DNA of 62,187 nt, counting the filler, from Vannella sp. (lineage: Eukaryota), in NCBI GenBank assembly GCA_023345925.1. It is 8 parts of 8 records of this genome, joined end to end, with 100 filler letters (N's around TTAATTAATTAA, not from the genome) between each part and the next. Parts side by side here need not be neighbours in the genome. Positions count along the whole stretch, not along the records: positions 41,366 to 46,912 come from JAJQQN010000257.1; positions 47,013 to 62,187 come from JAJQQN010000096.1; 6 more parts are not named here. One strand, 5' to 3'. Positions 43,396-55,211 of this stretch are shown here, in pieces. Position 1 is the first letter of the stretch, and each line of letters begins with the position of its first letter. A program made the position numbers and the translations under genes. The notes beneath the pieces are model-generated. The model was given only the letters and a program-made list of their open reading frames with translations, did not search any database and had not been told where the DNA came from.

Positions 43396-44955
43396 CTATT
43401 CCCTGTTGCGGGACGGTTCAGCGAGGGAGAGTTGGTCAATGGCGGTAGAAGTGTTCAAGGTACAATGAGGTTGGAGGTCGATAAAGTTCGCTTCGGGGTA
43501 TCGGTCAGCGATACCCACTCGCATGTGATACACCTCGTTCTCAATCACACGGGCCACATCTTCCGTGTAAGTAGTGAGTAGCATGGGAAGCTCCTGACGC
43601 GAAGAAGTGTGAATGCGCTCCTCGTAACTGTCCAGAAGGACAGAGGCAATGTAGGACCCATTAAAGTCGATATCTGCCTTGAAAGAGAAAGAGACTGGCC
43701 CCTCCCATGCAGTTTCAATAGCCCCAACTCGTTTCACGGCATCTCGAGAAAGTAAATACTCCACAATGTCGGTTTGGATCTCTGGGTCGATCGCTTTGCT
43801 CAGCAGGAAATGCCGATTCATGTTCATGAGACTAGCAGCTACAACACCTAACAAAACAGCAACGAATCCGCTGGAAGGGAACGGTCAGCCCGTAAAAACA
43901 CGAAAGGGCTCAAACCCACCTTGCCACTGGATCCCAAATAGGATTCCCTGTAAGATGAGAAAGGCCGACACCACCAGCTGCAGCCAGGACTCCAAGACAT
44001 GCCACAGAGTCCTCCAATAAAACGGCCCGGAGGTATGCTGTGAAGACACTTTTCAGACTCGAAGCAGACTCTGAGGAGACTCAACTTACGGTCTTTGCTA
44101 TTCTTAATGTAATGCCAAAGTGACTCATTCGCGTCCTTGTTTCTGTGCGAAGAGAGGAGAGCAGAGGAGAGGACGAACCCATCAATGACAAAAGAGACTC
44201 CCAGAGTCCCCCAGGTGATCCACCCGTAGTCGATGGGGACTACATCTGTCAAGTGCCGTGCGTGTTGAATTGCATTGTACATCACAAAGGTTGATCCTAG
44301 CACGAACATGCCAAACCCTGAAAGCAGCGAGTAGAAGTAGGCGCTCCTCGCATACCCTTCGAAAAGAGTCAACTCCGGTAGAGACGCCCTCGAATATCCC
44401 TACCGTGAGGATGCAAGGAGTCTGGTGGCTTCGCAGACTGCACAAGCCCTATCAGAAGCAGTCCCTGGTTCACTGTATCAACTAATCTGTGGGCGAGTAA
44501 GCTCGTATCACTGAAAGGCATGGATCCTACGTGTGTATGGCCTCAGAGAGCATCACAGAAGAGCCAGTAGATATTGCAGCAACGAACTTGGTCAGTGTGA
44601 TGGCAGCGTTGCCAGTAAGAGCCCATCCCACTGATCTGTGGGAAGAGCGAACACGATCAGCGACACGCTTCTGGTTCATCAATCGAGTCTCAAGGTCTAA
44701 CCGAGGCCCTCTATCCTCTCCAAAGTTAACATGCTTGAACCTCTTCCCTGACTGAAAGGGTTGTGGCACGACGTGGAAAAACTGAAACTTCCCAACCGAC
44801 TCCTCCAGCTGCACTCGCGACCTCCTACTACCCCGTGTAGATGACGAACCCTCCGCCATAGGGCGAACGAACACAGACGTTAAGGACGGCCCATGGTCCA
44901 ACCGAGCCACAAAGCTCCTCCCACGAGCAGCAGAACCGAGCTGCCTTCGCCACAT
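43396..44955 (-). CDS. Cation diffusion facilitator, mitochondrial ZnT9/SLC30A9 (MTP7)-like
   Basis: Presequence; TGSSVMLSEAIHT|LVDTVNQ; NRHFLLSKAI; FKADIDFNG; several short introns. Confidence 0.87.
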
Positions 44956-45016
44956 CTCAGGAAATCAAATGACCAAGAAAACAGATATTTTGGAGATATT
45001 TTGAGGAGCTCGCCTG

Positions 45017-46847
45017 ATGTACTACCTTTCGGACACGGAGAGCACTCTCCGCTATGACTATGTTAGGAAGGATGAGGATGATGACTTAGTGAGTAGTGCA
45101 TAGGGTGGGTTTGCCATGAGTAGGAGTACTGAGTTGCGCTTGTAGGGAGCTCCCCTGCTGACCAGTGCGCACTACCTTCTTCCCTGGGCTATTTCTATAG
45201 GGGTGGTGGTTCTTGTCTTCTCTACCATTTGGATCGTGGGTGTTGTGTACTCAGTAGACATCCTGGATGCCTATGTCCCTGAGGAGAGGGTAGGAAGCCT
45301 CACCCCTCCTCGAATGTTACTTGCTGACTCAAAGATCCGGTATTAACAGCAGTTCTCCGGCAGCGTTAACGTCTTCAACATCATGGACCATCTCACTCAG
45401 CTTGAAACGATCGCTGGACAGTACCAGAACAGCCGTGCTATTGATCTGGTGGGTGCTGCTCGCCCCTAATGCACAAACACGCTCACTAGAACAGGGATAC
45501 AATGCATCTGTGAGCTACATCATACAGCAACTGAGTCAGTATGAAAGCTACTTTCCCCCAAGCTCGATACAACAGCAGATCTTTTCGGTGGAGCAAACTC
45601 GAGACCTTCAACAGCCCACTCTCACTGAGATCTCTCCCAGTACGCGCTCTTTCACCTACGGGAGCGACTTCTCAAGCATCTCCTACTCTGGTTCGGGGAA
45701 CGTCACCGCCAAACTGATCTTCGTGAACTCGGGATGCTCTGCTTTGGACTATGAGAGTGCTGGGTTCCAAGATGGACAGATCGCTCTGGCTCTACTGACA
45801 TCTGGTTGTCGAACATCAGATCGTGCTGGTGTTGCTTCAGCCATGAAGGTGGGCGGACTTATGATCTACAACAATCTGGGTGAGTTGGACCGAGCTGACA
45901 TTCTCAAAGGCTAACTGTTTGACAGAGGGACTCTTTTCCTCATCTGCTAAGACTCCACAATCCTATCCTCTCTTTGCTCTGTCGAATGAACTGGGCACAG
46001 AACTCTTCCATTCCTTGCCAGACGGCCCGATCACCATGACAATGATCTCTTCCGTCGAGCAGTACATCTCAAATACCATCAATATCATCGTGGATACCCC
46101 CACGGGTGATGATACTAACGTCATCCTCACTGGATCCCATCTGGACTCGGTCCCGGCTGGACCCGGCATTAACGACAACGGAAGCGGTAGCTCCACGAAT
46201 CTTGAGATGGCCCTGCAGTTTGCTCGAAACAATGTGAAGCCTATCAACACCGTTCGCTTCGCTTGGTGGGCAGCAGAGGAGCTTGGCCTGAAAGGATCCA
46301 CATTCTACGTTCAGAATCTTGCCAAAACTGACCCGACCATGCTCCAAAACATTGCCTTCAATGTCAACTACGATATGCTTGGATCTACGAACTTCATTCG
46401 AGGCATCTACAACGGAAGTGAAGCTCAGGGAAGCATTCGTGCGTCCTCCATAACCCTTATGAAGAGTTACCAGGCCTTCTTCGACAAGTACAACCTACCC
46501 TGGGAGCTTGTTCCCTTTGATGGTCGCTCAGACTATGGACCTTTCCTTGAGGTAATACGTGTCCACTCCCAAACACGATGGATGTGAATGCTAACTCTCT
46601 TCAGTACGACATTCCTGCAGGCGGTCTTTTCAGTGGGGCGGAGGTGAAAAAGTCAATCTCTCAGCGTACTACTTTTGGCGGTCTAGCCAACCTTCCGTTT
46701 GACAGTTGTTACCACCAATCGTGCGATACGGTGGCCAACATCAACCGTGAGGTGTTGGACCAAATGGCCAAAGCCGCGTCCACTGTTGTTTACAACTTGT
46801 CAATGCAACCCAATCTTAGGAATTATCTTACCACGGGCATCGTTTAA
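45017..46847 (+). CDS. M28 metallo-aminopeptidase with PA domain and N-terminal membrane anchor (aminopeptidase Y-like)
   Basis: GSHLDSVPAGPGINDNGSGS, WWAAEELGLKGS, NYDMLGS, RSDYGPF, CYHQSCD; spliced first exons encode a hydrophobic anchor. Confidence 0.92.
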
Positions 46848-46912
46848 ATAGAATTAAAACAACCTGACAACTTAGTCTAACAAGACCTCCGAAAATTTTC
46901 GTAAAAGTCTCC

Positions 46913-47012
46913 NNNNNNNNNNNNNNNNNNNNNNNNNNNNNNNNNNNNNNNNNNNNTTAATTAATTAANNNNNNNNNNNNNNNNNNNNNNNNNNNNNNNN
47001 NNNNNNNNNNNN
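46913..47012. other. Artificial contig linker
   Basis: N44-TTAATTAATTAA-N44. Confidence 0.99.
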
Positions 47013-49973
47013 CCAAGAAGACTTTGGAACGTCTTCTTGGGGCCTTCCTTTCCCACGCTGGCACTCTGGAGAGTACGTTTCGCCGGTTTAGACCTCCCAG
47101 TAAGCATTTTCAGCACGATACAAGCTCTCAGGAGTCCTCCACGGTCACAATGATGCGTAAGCTACAAGCGAACACCACCCACATGAGGTCCATTTTGGAC
47201 GATATTCTTGATCCCTCAAAGGCTTACCTTTCAAGCGATGCCTTGGGGACTCTGTGCAACCACATTGGCCAGGAGACTCTCTCTATTTACACACAGTACT
47301 TGTGCTTCTGGGAATGGATCATGCAAGCCCTCGAAGAGTGGTCTCGAGTGGATACGTCCTTCCAGAGGGCGGAGGCTACCTTCGTTGCACAGATGAAGGA
47401 AGAAAAAGTAGAGATATATACTCTCCTCGAGTTTGCCCAGCAAGAGCAAGCGTTCCCTGTCTCTGGACCCGTGAGGACTCCAGGGATGGCCTCTTCCGCC
47501 TCTTCCTCGCTCAACGCCAACTCGGCCCTCCTTCGTGGAAAGCAGTCTTTCTTGCACTATTTCTTTGCTATCTCTGCTCTGCGCGCTGCTGCTATTGATC
47601 GGCTCCTCTTCGACTTGTCCAAATGGCTTCCAGAAGCCGCCTTTGCTGTTTCCGCCAGAGAGAAGTTCTCTGCTGTCATCAAGATGCTAGACATGTACGA
47701 GTCACGCAAGGAGATCGCTGAGCAAGTGACTGTCTCCTTCCCCAGTTCTCTCTCTTCCAAGGTGGGTGACTTTGATTGACTGAGGAGTGATTGGGAGCTT
47801 CTGACTCATCGCCTCTTTGTGTAGCTTACCAGACCTTATCGAGAGCTCTTGAAAGAAGACAATGTCGTGTTGATTCGAGGCCAAGAGCGATCTACGGTTC
47901 GTTTGGTCTTGTTCAACGACGTGATGATCTTCTACAGCGATTCCGTCGCTCCCACTCCCAATGCACCCAAACCTTCTGCTTCTGTGGTCCTCGCACCGAT
48001 TGAGCCAACCATGGAAGCCGTCGGGGAGTCGTCGAGCTCGAAGATAAGCATCATCTCGTCGTTTGGGTGGCAGCTGCACGAGTTCGAGATGATCTCGAAG
48101 GTGAAGGCGAAGAGCTGGCTCAAATCCTTCGCCATTGCGCGCCAGTACACGCAGCACCGTGTTGACTCTCTCTCAAACATCAGCGGATGCTCCACCCAGC
48201 TGATCAGGAAGGTTCTTGTGCAAGCTAAGGTGCGAGAGGAAGCTCAGAGACTTGGTCTGGAAGCCCCTCTTCATCAGAGAGTCATCTTTGAGGACCCGAT
48301 GAAGCAGCTTCTTCCTCATGTGACTATCCCACCAGCTGAGCTCGTCGCTGTGCGGAGGATACCGAGAAAGCGAAGCTCTCAAGGATCTATCCGGTTATCC
48401 AGCGGCATTTCGGGAGCAAACACCCGACAAGTCGTCGCAGCTGCTGCTTTGGCAGGTCCTTCTCTCGCTGCCCCTGCTCTTGCTGCTCCTGTTGCTCTCG
48501 CTCCTGCAACCACAGCTCCTGCGGAAAGAAAAGCTTCGCCTGCACCGGGACACCCGGATGCCTGGGTCCATGACGAAACTCTTGCAACTACTGCCAACCT
48601 AGAACTGCTCCTGGCCAGCCAGACTGGCTCTCAGTTCTTCCACAAGTTCTTGCAACGCTCCTTCTGCGAAGAAAACCTTGCCTTCCTGGGAGCTGTCGCT
48701 CGATACAAAGAACTGACACAGGATGAGCGCTTTGCTGAGGCTGGAAGAGTTCGTACGCTCCGCCCTCACTTTCTCACACTAATACGATTCACCAGATCAG
48801 TGCCCGCTTCCTCAAAACGGGCACAACGGAGCAAGTGAGCTTTGAATCAAGGACGCTGCAAAGAGCCAATCAGAATATCCAGGAAGGGAACATTGGAGAA
48901 GATCTTTTTGACCGGGTAAGGGCAGCAGAGGCCTTGTGGGGCGTTCTATCTTACTGTTGGGAACAAAGTGTGCCAAGGAGGCGAGGACAACGCTGATGAA
49001 TGACTCGTTCCCCCGCTTCTTCCGTTCGGAGGAGTTTAGGTTGTTCCAAAGTACTGTCAAGAAAGGCCCAAGACCCTCAAAGACTCGGAGGAGGAAAGCG
49101 CGAGGTAGCGACCCAGAACCGGATATGACCTCGTGGGTCTTCAACGAATCAACCATTCAGGAGCCCTGCAATATGTCCCTTCTCATGGCCCATCCTCCTG
49201 GACGCGAGTACTTTACCAAGTTCATGGCCACCACCTTTTGTGACGAGAACATTCTGTTTTTGGATGTCGTCCAACACTTCCGACAATCACCTGAAGACCA
49301 ACTCCCGATCTTGGCTAAAGAGGTTCGTACTGAGGACGTTGTTTCAGATGGAATCTCACAAAGCAGCAGATTTATCTTCAATTCGTGGCTGAAAGTAGCC
49401 GAACCCCCGTCAATTTGGACTCAACTGCAATCGCTGCTGTCAGCAAGAGTATTCAAAGCGGTGGTGTGGATGCTAAGCTATTCGACAGGGTAAGTCGGCA
49501 GTCATTATGTGTTCTACTTCTGGCTCATCTATTCCATCGAACAGGCGGAGAAACATATTCTCACTGTCATGACAAACGACACTTTCCCCCGTTTTCTAAG
49601 ATCTCCGGAATTCCAAGAGTATAAGACCTCCCTTGGAAAAGGCAAACGCGTCAAAACAATGGCCTCCCTCCTTCCAAGCTGGAAGCCTAAATTCGGGAAG
49701 AACAAGATTGTCTCAGAGCCAAAGGGCTCCCAACCAACGCCCTCCTTGGCCTCCTTGCGCGATGCGAAAGCGAAATCGGTGATGATGGCCCCCCTCAACA
49801 GCGCTTACGACAACATCCAGCAAAACAGAAGGACTTCCACCGTCAGCTCGAATGTGGTTTCCCGAAAGATCTCTTCGGACGACAGTGTTCTGGTGACGAG
49901 TTCCCCCACCAAAGATTCTTCTCTTGGATTGCGGCGAAGCAGTTCCTTTGCTGGTTTCTTAGATCATGAATAG
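47013..49973 (+). CDS. Protein with degenerate DH-PH-like region and two RGS domains; 5' end cut
   Basis: PH-like RLVLFNDVMIF...KSWLKSF; RGS1 FHKFLQRSFCEENLAFL...NDSFPRF; RGS2 FTKFMATTFCDENILFL...NDTFPRF. Confidence 0.8.
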
Positions 49974-50036
49974 ACATGGATTCATTTATTGAATGCAGTG
50001 CGATGCTGGCGCCTTTGTGGAAGGGAAGCTCGGGAG

Positions 50037-51263
50037 TTAGCTCACGTAGAGCTTCTTGTCAATCTCAGAAGGAATGGGCTTGATCTCAGTTCCCAGCTCT
50101 TGTTCGATCTTGTACAGATTGAAGCGGTCCTCGTAGGTGATAAGGTTAATGGCCAATCCCATGTGTCCATAACGCCCAGAACGGCCAATGCGGTGGAGAT
50201 AGGTTTCGGAGTTCTTGGGGAAATCAAAGTTGATGACGACATTGACGGCTTGAATATCAATTCCGCGGGTGAAGAGATCCGAAGAGACCAAATTGCGGCA
50301 AGCTCCGTTGCGGAAATCGTGGAACACGCGATTGCGCTCGGACTGTTGCATGCGGGCGTGGATGTAGAAGCACGAGTAACCTAGCTCAGTAATGTTCTTT
50401 GCAAGGAGTTCCACTCTCTTAAAGGTGTTGCAGAAGATGATGGATTGGTTGATGTCTAACTTCGAAAAGAGGGTGTTGAGACAGTGAACCTTCTGCTTCT
50501 CGTCAACGAAAGCGTAGTATTGGGTGATACCACGGAGGGTCAGTTGATCCATAAGATTGATTTCGTGGGGCTTCTTGAGGTTTCGGTCACTGAAGGTCTT
50601 GACAGAAAGGGGGAAGGTCGCGGAGAAGAGCAGGATCTGTCTTGGTTCCTTGGTAAAGCTGATGAGCTGTTCAATAATGGGTTGGAAGTCTTCAGAGAGC
50701 AGTTTGTCAGCCTCGTCGAGGACAATCATGTCGCACCCGCCGAGTTTGGCAATGTCCCTCTTGGCAAGATCAAGGATTCGGCCTGGAGTGGCAACCACGA
50801 TGTGGACGGGTTGGCAGAAGCGAATGATATCATCCTTCAATAGGGTACCACCGGTGGTGACCATGGTTTGAATGGCGGTGTGCTTGCCTAGTTCCTTGCA
50901 AACTTGGGAGGTCTGAAGGGCAAGCTCTCGAGTAGGTACAAGGATAAGTACTTGGATGGCGTTGACGTCAGGATCGCACTTTTCCAGCGCAGGGATGAGG
51001 TACGACGCGGTCTTGCCTGTTCCGTTCTTGGCACGAGCGAGGATATCACGGCCAGCAAGAGCGAGAGGAATGGCTTCTTCTTGAATAGGAGAGGGCCTCT
51101 CGAAGCCCATCTCGAAGATGCCCATGAGGAGCTCTCGTTTGAGGTAGTAGTCCTCAAATTCGTTGCCGCGGGTCTGGGTGACGTCTTCGGTCTTGATGCG
51201 GTTATCAGGAGCGGGGAGGTTAAGCTGGGACTTCCAGTTGTCTTCTTCTGGTTCGGTTGACAT
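50037..51263 (-). CDS. DDX6: DEAD-box RNA helicase DDX6/Dhh1
   Basis: [47 protein letters not shown]; intronless CDS. Confidence 0.97.
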   Translation of the reverse strand: MSTEPEEDNWKSQLNLPAPDNRIKTEDVTQTRGNEFEDYYLKRELLMGIFEMGFERPSPIQEEAIPLALAGRDILARAKNGTGKTASYLIPALEKCDPDVNAIQVLILVPTRELALQTSQVCKELGKHTAIQTMVTTGGTLLKDDIIRFCQPVHIVVATPGRILDLAKRDIAKLGGCDMIVLDEADKLLSEDFQPIIEQLISFTKEPRQILLFSATFPLSVKTFSDRNLKKPHEINLMDQLTLRGITQYYAFVDEKQKVHCLNTLFSKLDINQSIIFCNTFKRVELLAKNITELGYSCFYIHARMQQSERNRVFHDFRNGACRNLVSSDLFTRGIDIQAVNVVINFDFPKNSETYLHRIGRSGRYGHMGLAINLITYEDRFNLYKIEQELGTEIKPIPSEIDKKLYVS

Positions 51264-51683
51264 GGTTGGAAGGGAAGAGGAGGGAAGATGGACAGGAAAA
51301 GGTAACTCTTCAGGTGCAGGTGGGTAGATCAAAAGGGAAAGGAGCTTGTAAGGTGAGATGTAACAAGGTCCAAGAGTTGTTCAAAGAGCAAAGAGTAGGA
51401 AAGCCGACGAGTGGTTGGAAGGATGTCGGCAAAAGCTACTTAAGTTCACGGGGAAGCGCAAGGGTGGTCTCGGGCTCGGAAGGCTTGAGAGGGAAGATAT
51501 ACAACAAATAATACAGGTGTTCCGAGAGGTGCGAGAGCGAAGCACCAAAGAGAAGGCCGGGAAGAACTGCCGAAAATTGGGCGTCCACGTCATCGATGCC
51601 CTCCGCAGCCACCGCATTAAACTCGCTATTGTTGTCTGATTCGTTATATTAGCAATTTGGCATTTTCATAGCCCCCAGTCAGG

Positions 51684-52259
51684 ATGGTGGTATGTTGGCT
51701 TTGTTGGTCTGGTGAAGGTTTCTGACTGGTTTGATAGTTGCCGTTGTCCTTATTGACGGGATCGCATAATAGCCAGATCGTATGTTGTTGGGAAGGTTGA
51801 GGGGGAGTGCTAACACTCGTGCGTAGCTGATTGAGCTGAAGAACGGTCAGACATACAACGGTGTGCTGGTGAACAGTGACGCGTGGATGAATATCAACTT
51901 AAAGGATGTTGTTTGTACTTCCAAGGTACTGGATTCACTTGCCAAATGGACACCCGTTGTGTTCTCACTCAGAACGATAGGATGGAGACAAGTTTTGGAA
52001 GATTGAGGCTTGTTATGTGCGTGGGTCGACCATCAAGTACCTTTGTATGCCGCAAGACATCTTAGGAACACTCCCTGATGAGTCTATTCCTTCAGCATCT
52101 GCGCCTGCCGTTCGGTCCCGAAGTTCTCGAGGGACACGAGGGCGAGGTGCCAGCACAGGCGCAAGCCGGGGAAGCCGTGGCGGACGTGGTGCAAGCACAG
52201 GTACTAGCCGAGGAAATCGCGGTGGCCGTGGCAGCCGCGGTGCCAGAGGGGGCCAGTGA
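51684..52259 (+). CDS. LSM4: Sm-like protein LSM4 with RG-rich tail
   Basis: Splicing 51690-51737, 51780-51826 and 51926-51980 gives MVLPLSLL...LIELKNGQTYNGVLVNSDAWMNINLKDVVCTSKDGDKFWKIEACYVRGSTIKYL. Confidence 0.95.
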
Positions 52260-52289
52260 TAAACGAAATGGTCATTCTTCTTGGCGCCT

Positions 52290-53777
52290 ATGGGAGATGC
52301 CACTTCCCCATCTATTCAAGCTCCCTGTGTGTGTGTTACAGGAGCATGGGGATACCTAGGACGCTTCTTGATACCGCTCCTCATTGATAGAGGCTACAAA
52401 GTGCGCTGCGTGTTGTACTCTCCCGTTGGGGCGAAGACGGGAGACTCTTACAGGGACTCGTTCACCTTCCTTGCTACTCTACGCGAGAAGTATCCCCTTC
52501 AAGTGGCTCTCTTCTACATTGCAGAGGGAGCGGCTCGGTCAGGAAACGAGGAGGTTCTGGAAGGAGCCCTTCGAGATTGCTGCGCTCTTGTGCACGTTCC
52601 TCTCCCTTATGAGTCTGGCAGAGAGAAGAGCAATATCATAAGCACCTACTTGGATCCCATCGTTCAGGCTTCTCTCTCGCTCTATCAATGCGCCTTGAGA
52701 GAGGCGAGGAGGCAGTTTCGCTCCGTGGACCGCTTTTCTCGTCCCTTCCGGGTAGTATACGTTGGCACTTGTTATAGTGCAGAGGGAATGGATCAGAATG
52801 GGTGCAAATCTATTCAGGGGACCTTCTGGAATGATGCAAACAGCTCCGAGCCCGAGATAATGGCCAAAACAATGGCAGAGAAGGCACTTTGGGAGCTTCA
52901 CCACTCAGAAGAAGCAGAAGAGGTTCATTTGGAAGTGTTCTCCTTGCTCATGCCTTCCCTCCTTGGGCCAGTCAGCGCGGATATGGTGAGCCTTGTGATG
53001 GACGAGTCTCATTTCATGTCTGAGAACGCGCTGGTACTTGATCTCCTCTCTACAACTCCCTCCTCACTTCCCCCTCTTTGTGTGGATGTCTTGGATGTTC
53101 GAGATGCCGCGCAAAGTTGCCGTAAGTCACTCACACGCTTTCCCTCAGCTCACTGAATCGAGTTGATAGTGCATTGCCTTCGATTGGGAAACCCCCACAT
53201 AGAAGGCGATACTTCTGCTAGTGGTAGATACCTGATGATGAACGAGGGGGGATGGATAAGTGACTTATACAGCCTTTTCCAGCGAACCAATCTGTCAGAA
53301 TCCATCCAGCAAAGCAGTAAGTCCACTTCTTTCGCCTTCTTCTGACTTAAAGAGTATATCAAGGTTCTATTTCATCGCTATCAGGCAAGATTCTTGGTCG
53401 ACGACCGCTAACGAAGAGAGTCCGCCGGAATCCGTCCCGATTCGATGTTTCAGTGACGAAGGAGACGTTGGGCTTTGAACCACTTTACTCCCTGGAAGAG
53501 ACTCTGCTGGACTCGGCAAGATCTCTTGTTGAGAGTGGGGCAATAGAGTAAGAGATTGGATTATGGTGGAGGAGTATTTGATCTGATTGAACTTAGGAAG
53601 AGACAAAATCACATTACAGAGGCAAGCAGGCGCCTTGTGGTGTGGTCCGGTGGATCTACGTTGGCTGTTTGCATGCTCATGTTTATTTGCCGATGGGTTA
53701 TGAAACGGCAGAACCTTTCCTCCATCCAATTGGCCCATTTGGCTTGGCAAAGCTTTGTAAACGTGTTACGGGTCTAA
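52290..53777 (+). CDS. Extended SDR / NAD-dependent epimerase (dihydroflavonol-reductase-like), divergent, probable C-terminal membrane anchor
   Basis: VCVTGAWGYLG Rossmann motif; IMAKTMAEKALW (Tyr of YxxxK not seen); LDVRDAA; SGRYL. The 3' exon structure is approximate. Confidence 0.7.
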
Positions 53778-54356
53778 TCTTTCCTCAGCAAAGTCATTGA
53801 ATCCCTTCCTTTCCAAATCTCAATTGGACCAAAAAGAGTTCTTTGGAGAATCAAGATCCGGTAGGCCCCACGCAGAGCGTTGCCGAATAAAGCTTCAAGT
53901 GATCATCACGAGTTATCTCAGATGACAAGTGTCTCATCGTGCCCAAAACTGTGTCAGTGACACGTCAAAGAGCGAACTCATTATCTGATTTGAAGATGTC
54001 AAGCATGTTGAGTGGAAATGCCCGCAACACTCAAGGTCATCCAAAGTGTTCATTCAAATGTCTCCATTGGAAGGAACAAGTACGTCATGTCGCCGTAAGG
54101 GAGGAACCACTACGATTCAGCAGAAGATCTCCCTCACCTGATTGGTCCATCGTAGTATCATTTGGTCAAGGCGCCTTGAAACCCTGTCCCAACCATTCTT
54201 TTCGGCCGATCATTCCATTATTGCGTACATGTTGGTCATGATGATGGGCGCTGACGAATTTCCATAACCCTTCTTCGGGAGTGTACGAACCAATCAGATG
54301 AGAGCAAACCCCATTACCCTCATTCGGGCTAACGGAGGTCATTCCTCTTCGTCGTG

Positions 54357-55139
54357 ATGAGAGTTGACATCCATATCGTCCGTCATGGTATGCGGCAAGA
54401 CGCTGAAGACCCTGAATGGGTCAAGAAGGCGAGTATCCCCACAGACCCGCCACTTTCCCCTCAAGGATTCCTTCAAGCCAGCGAAGTTGGCGCTTTTCTT
54501 GCCAGTCAAGGTGTTTCCATGATCTTCTCGTCGCCATACTTACGTACCTTGCAAACGGCATCATCTATCTCAAGAGCTTTGAGTACTCCTGTCCCTGTCA
54601 AGGTCGAGCCAGGACTCCGCGAATGGGTCCACCGACCGAACCATCCCGCCACTCTCCACCTCAGCCAAGCTGAGGCGGAGGAGTCCTTCTGTCTGCTAGA
54701 TACCTCTTATATGTCAGCGTTATCGTGTCCCATCTCTGTGGAGTGTCAGCAACTCCTGCAAGAGCGCTGCGTCCAGTTCGCCTCTCACTTCACCGCGATG
54801 ATGCGCCACCTGGCCGCTTCCCCTGCGCTCCCTGACCGACTATCTATTGCTTTAGTATCCCATGCAGCCCCGTCCATCTGCCTCGTACGAGCCTTCCTGG
54901 CGGACACGAGCGTTCCCGTTCGCATAGCCACGTGCAGTGTTTCCTCTCTCTCGTTCGACACAAGCTCCCCTTCGAATGTCTGGGAGGCGCACACCATTGG
55001 GCGTACCAGACACCTCCAAGCAGGCGCTCTGGCATCCTGGGGCTTCGAAGACATGGAGCCACAGAATATCACAAAGTCCACCGAACCGGCGCCTCTTTTG
55101 ATGATTCCCGTCTCCCTGGAAGAGTCCAAATCGTCGTGA
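54357..55139 (+). CDS. Histidine phosphatase superfamily (phosphoglycerate-mutase-like) protein
   Basis: IVRHG, DPPLSPQG, FSSPYLRTLQTA, VEPGLRE, LVSHA. Confidence 0.92.
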   Translation: MRVDIHIVRHGMRQDAEDPEWVKKASIPTDPPLSPQGFLQASEVGAFLASQGVSMIFSSPYLRTLQTASSISRALSTPVPVKVEPGLREWVHRPNHPATLHLSQAEAEESFCLLDTSYMSALSCPISVECQQLLQERCVQFASHFTAMMRHLAASPALPDRLSIALVSHAAPSICLVRAFLADTSVPVRIATCSVSSLSFDTSSPSNVWEAHTIGRTRHLQAGALASWGFEDMEPQNITKSTEPAPLLMIPVSLEESKSS

Positions 55140-55211
55140 ACAAGACAGAAACGTAAATAAATGTAGTTTTTATTCACTGGGCCGCCAGCCAGTCGCTCTT
55201 CTCGACCTTTT

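Noticed and set aside
53800..54340. Unusually long intergenic gap with a 100-aa ORF
   Set aside because: No motif, splice pattern or RNA structure that could be supported.
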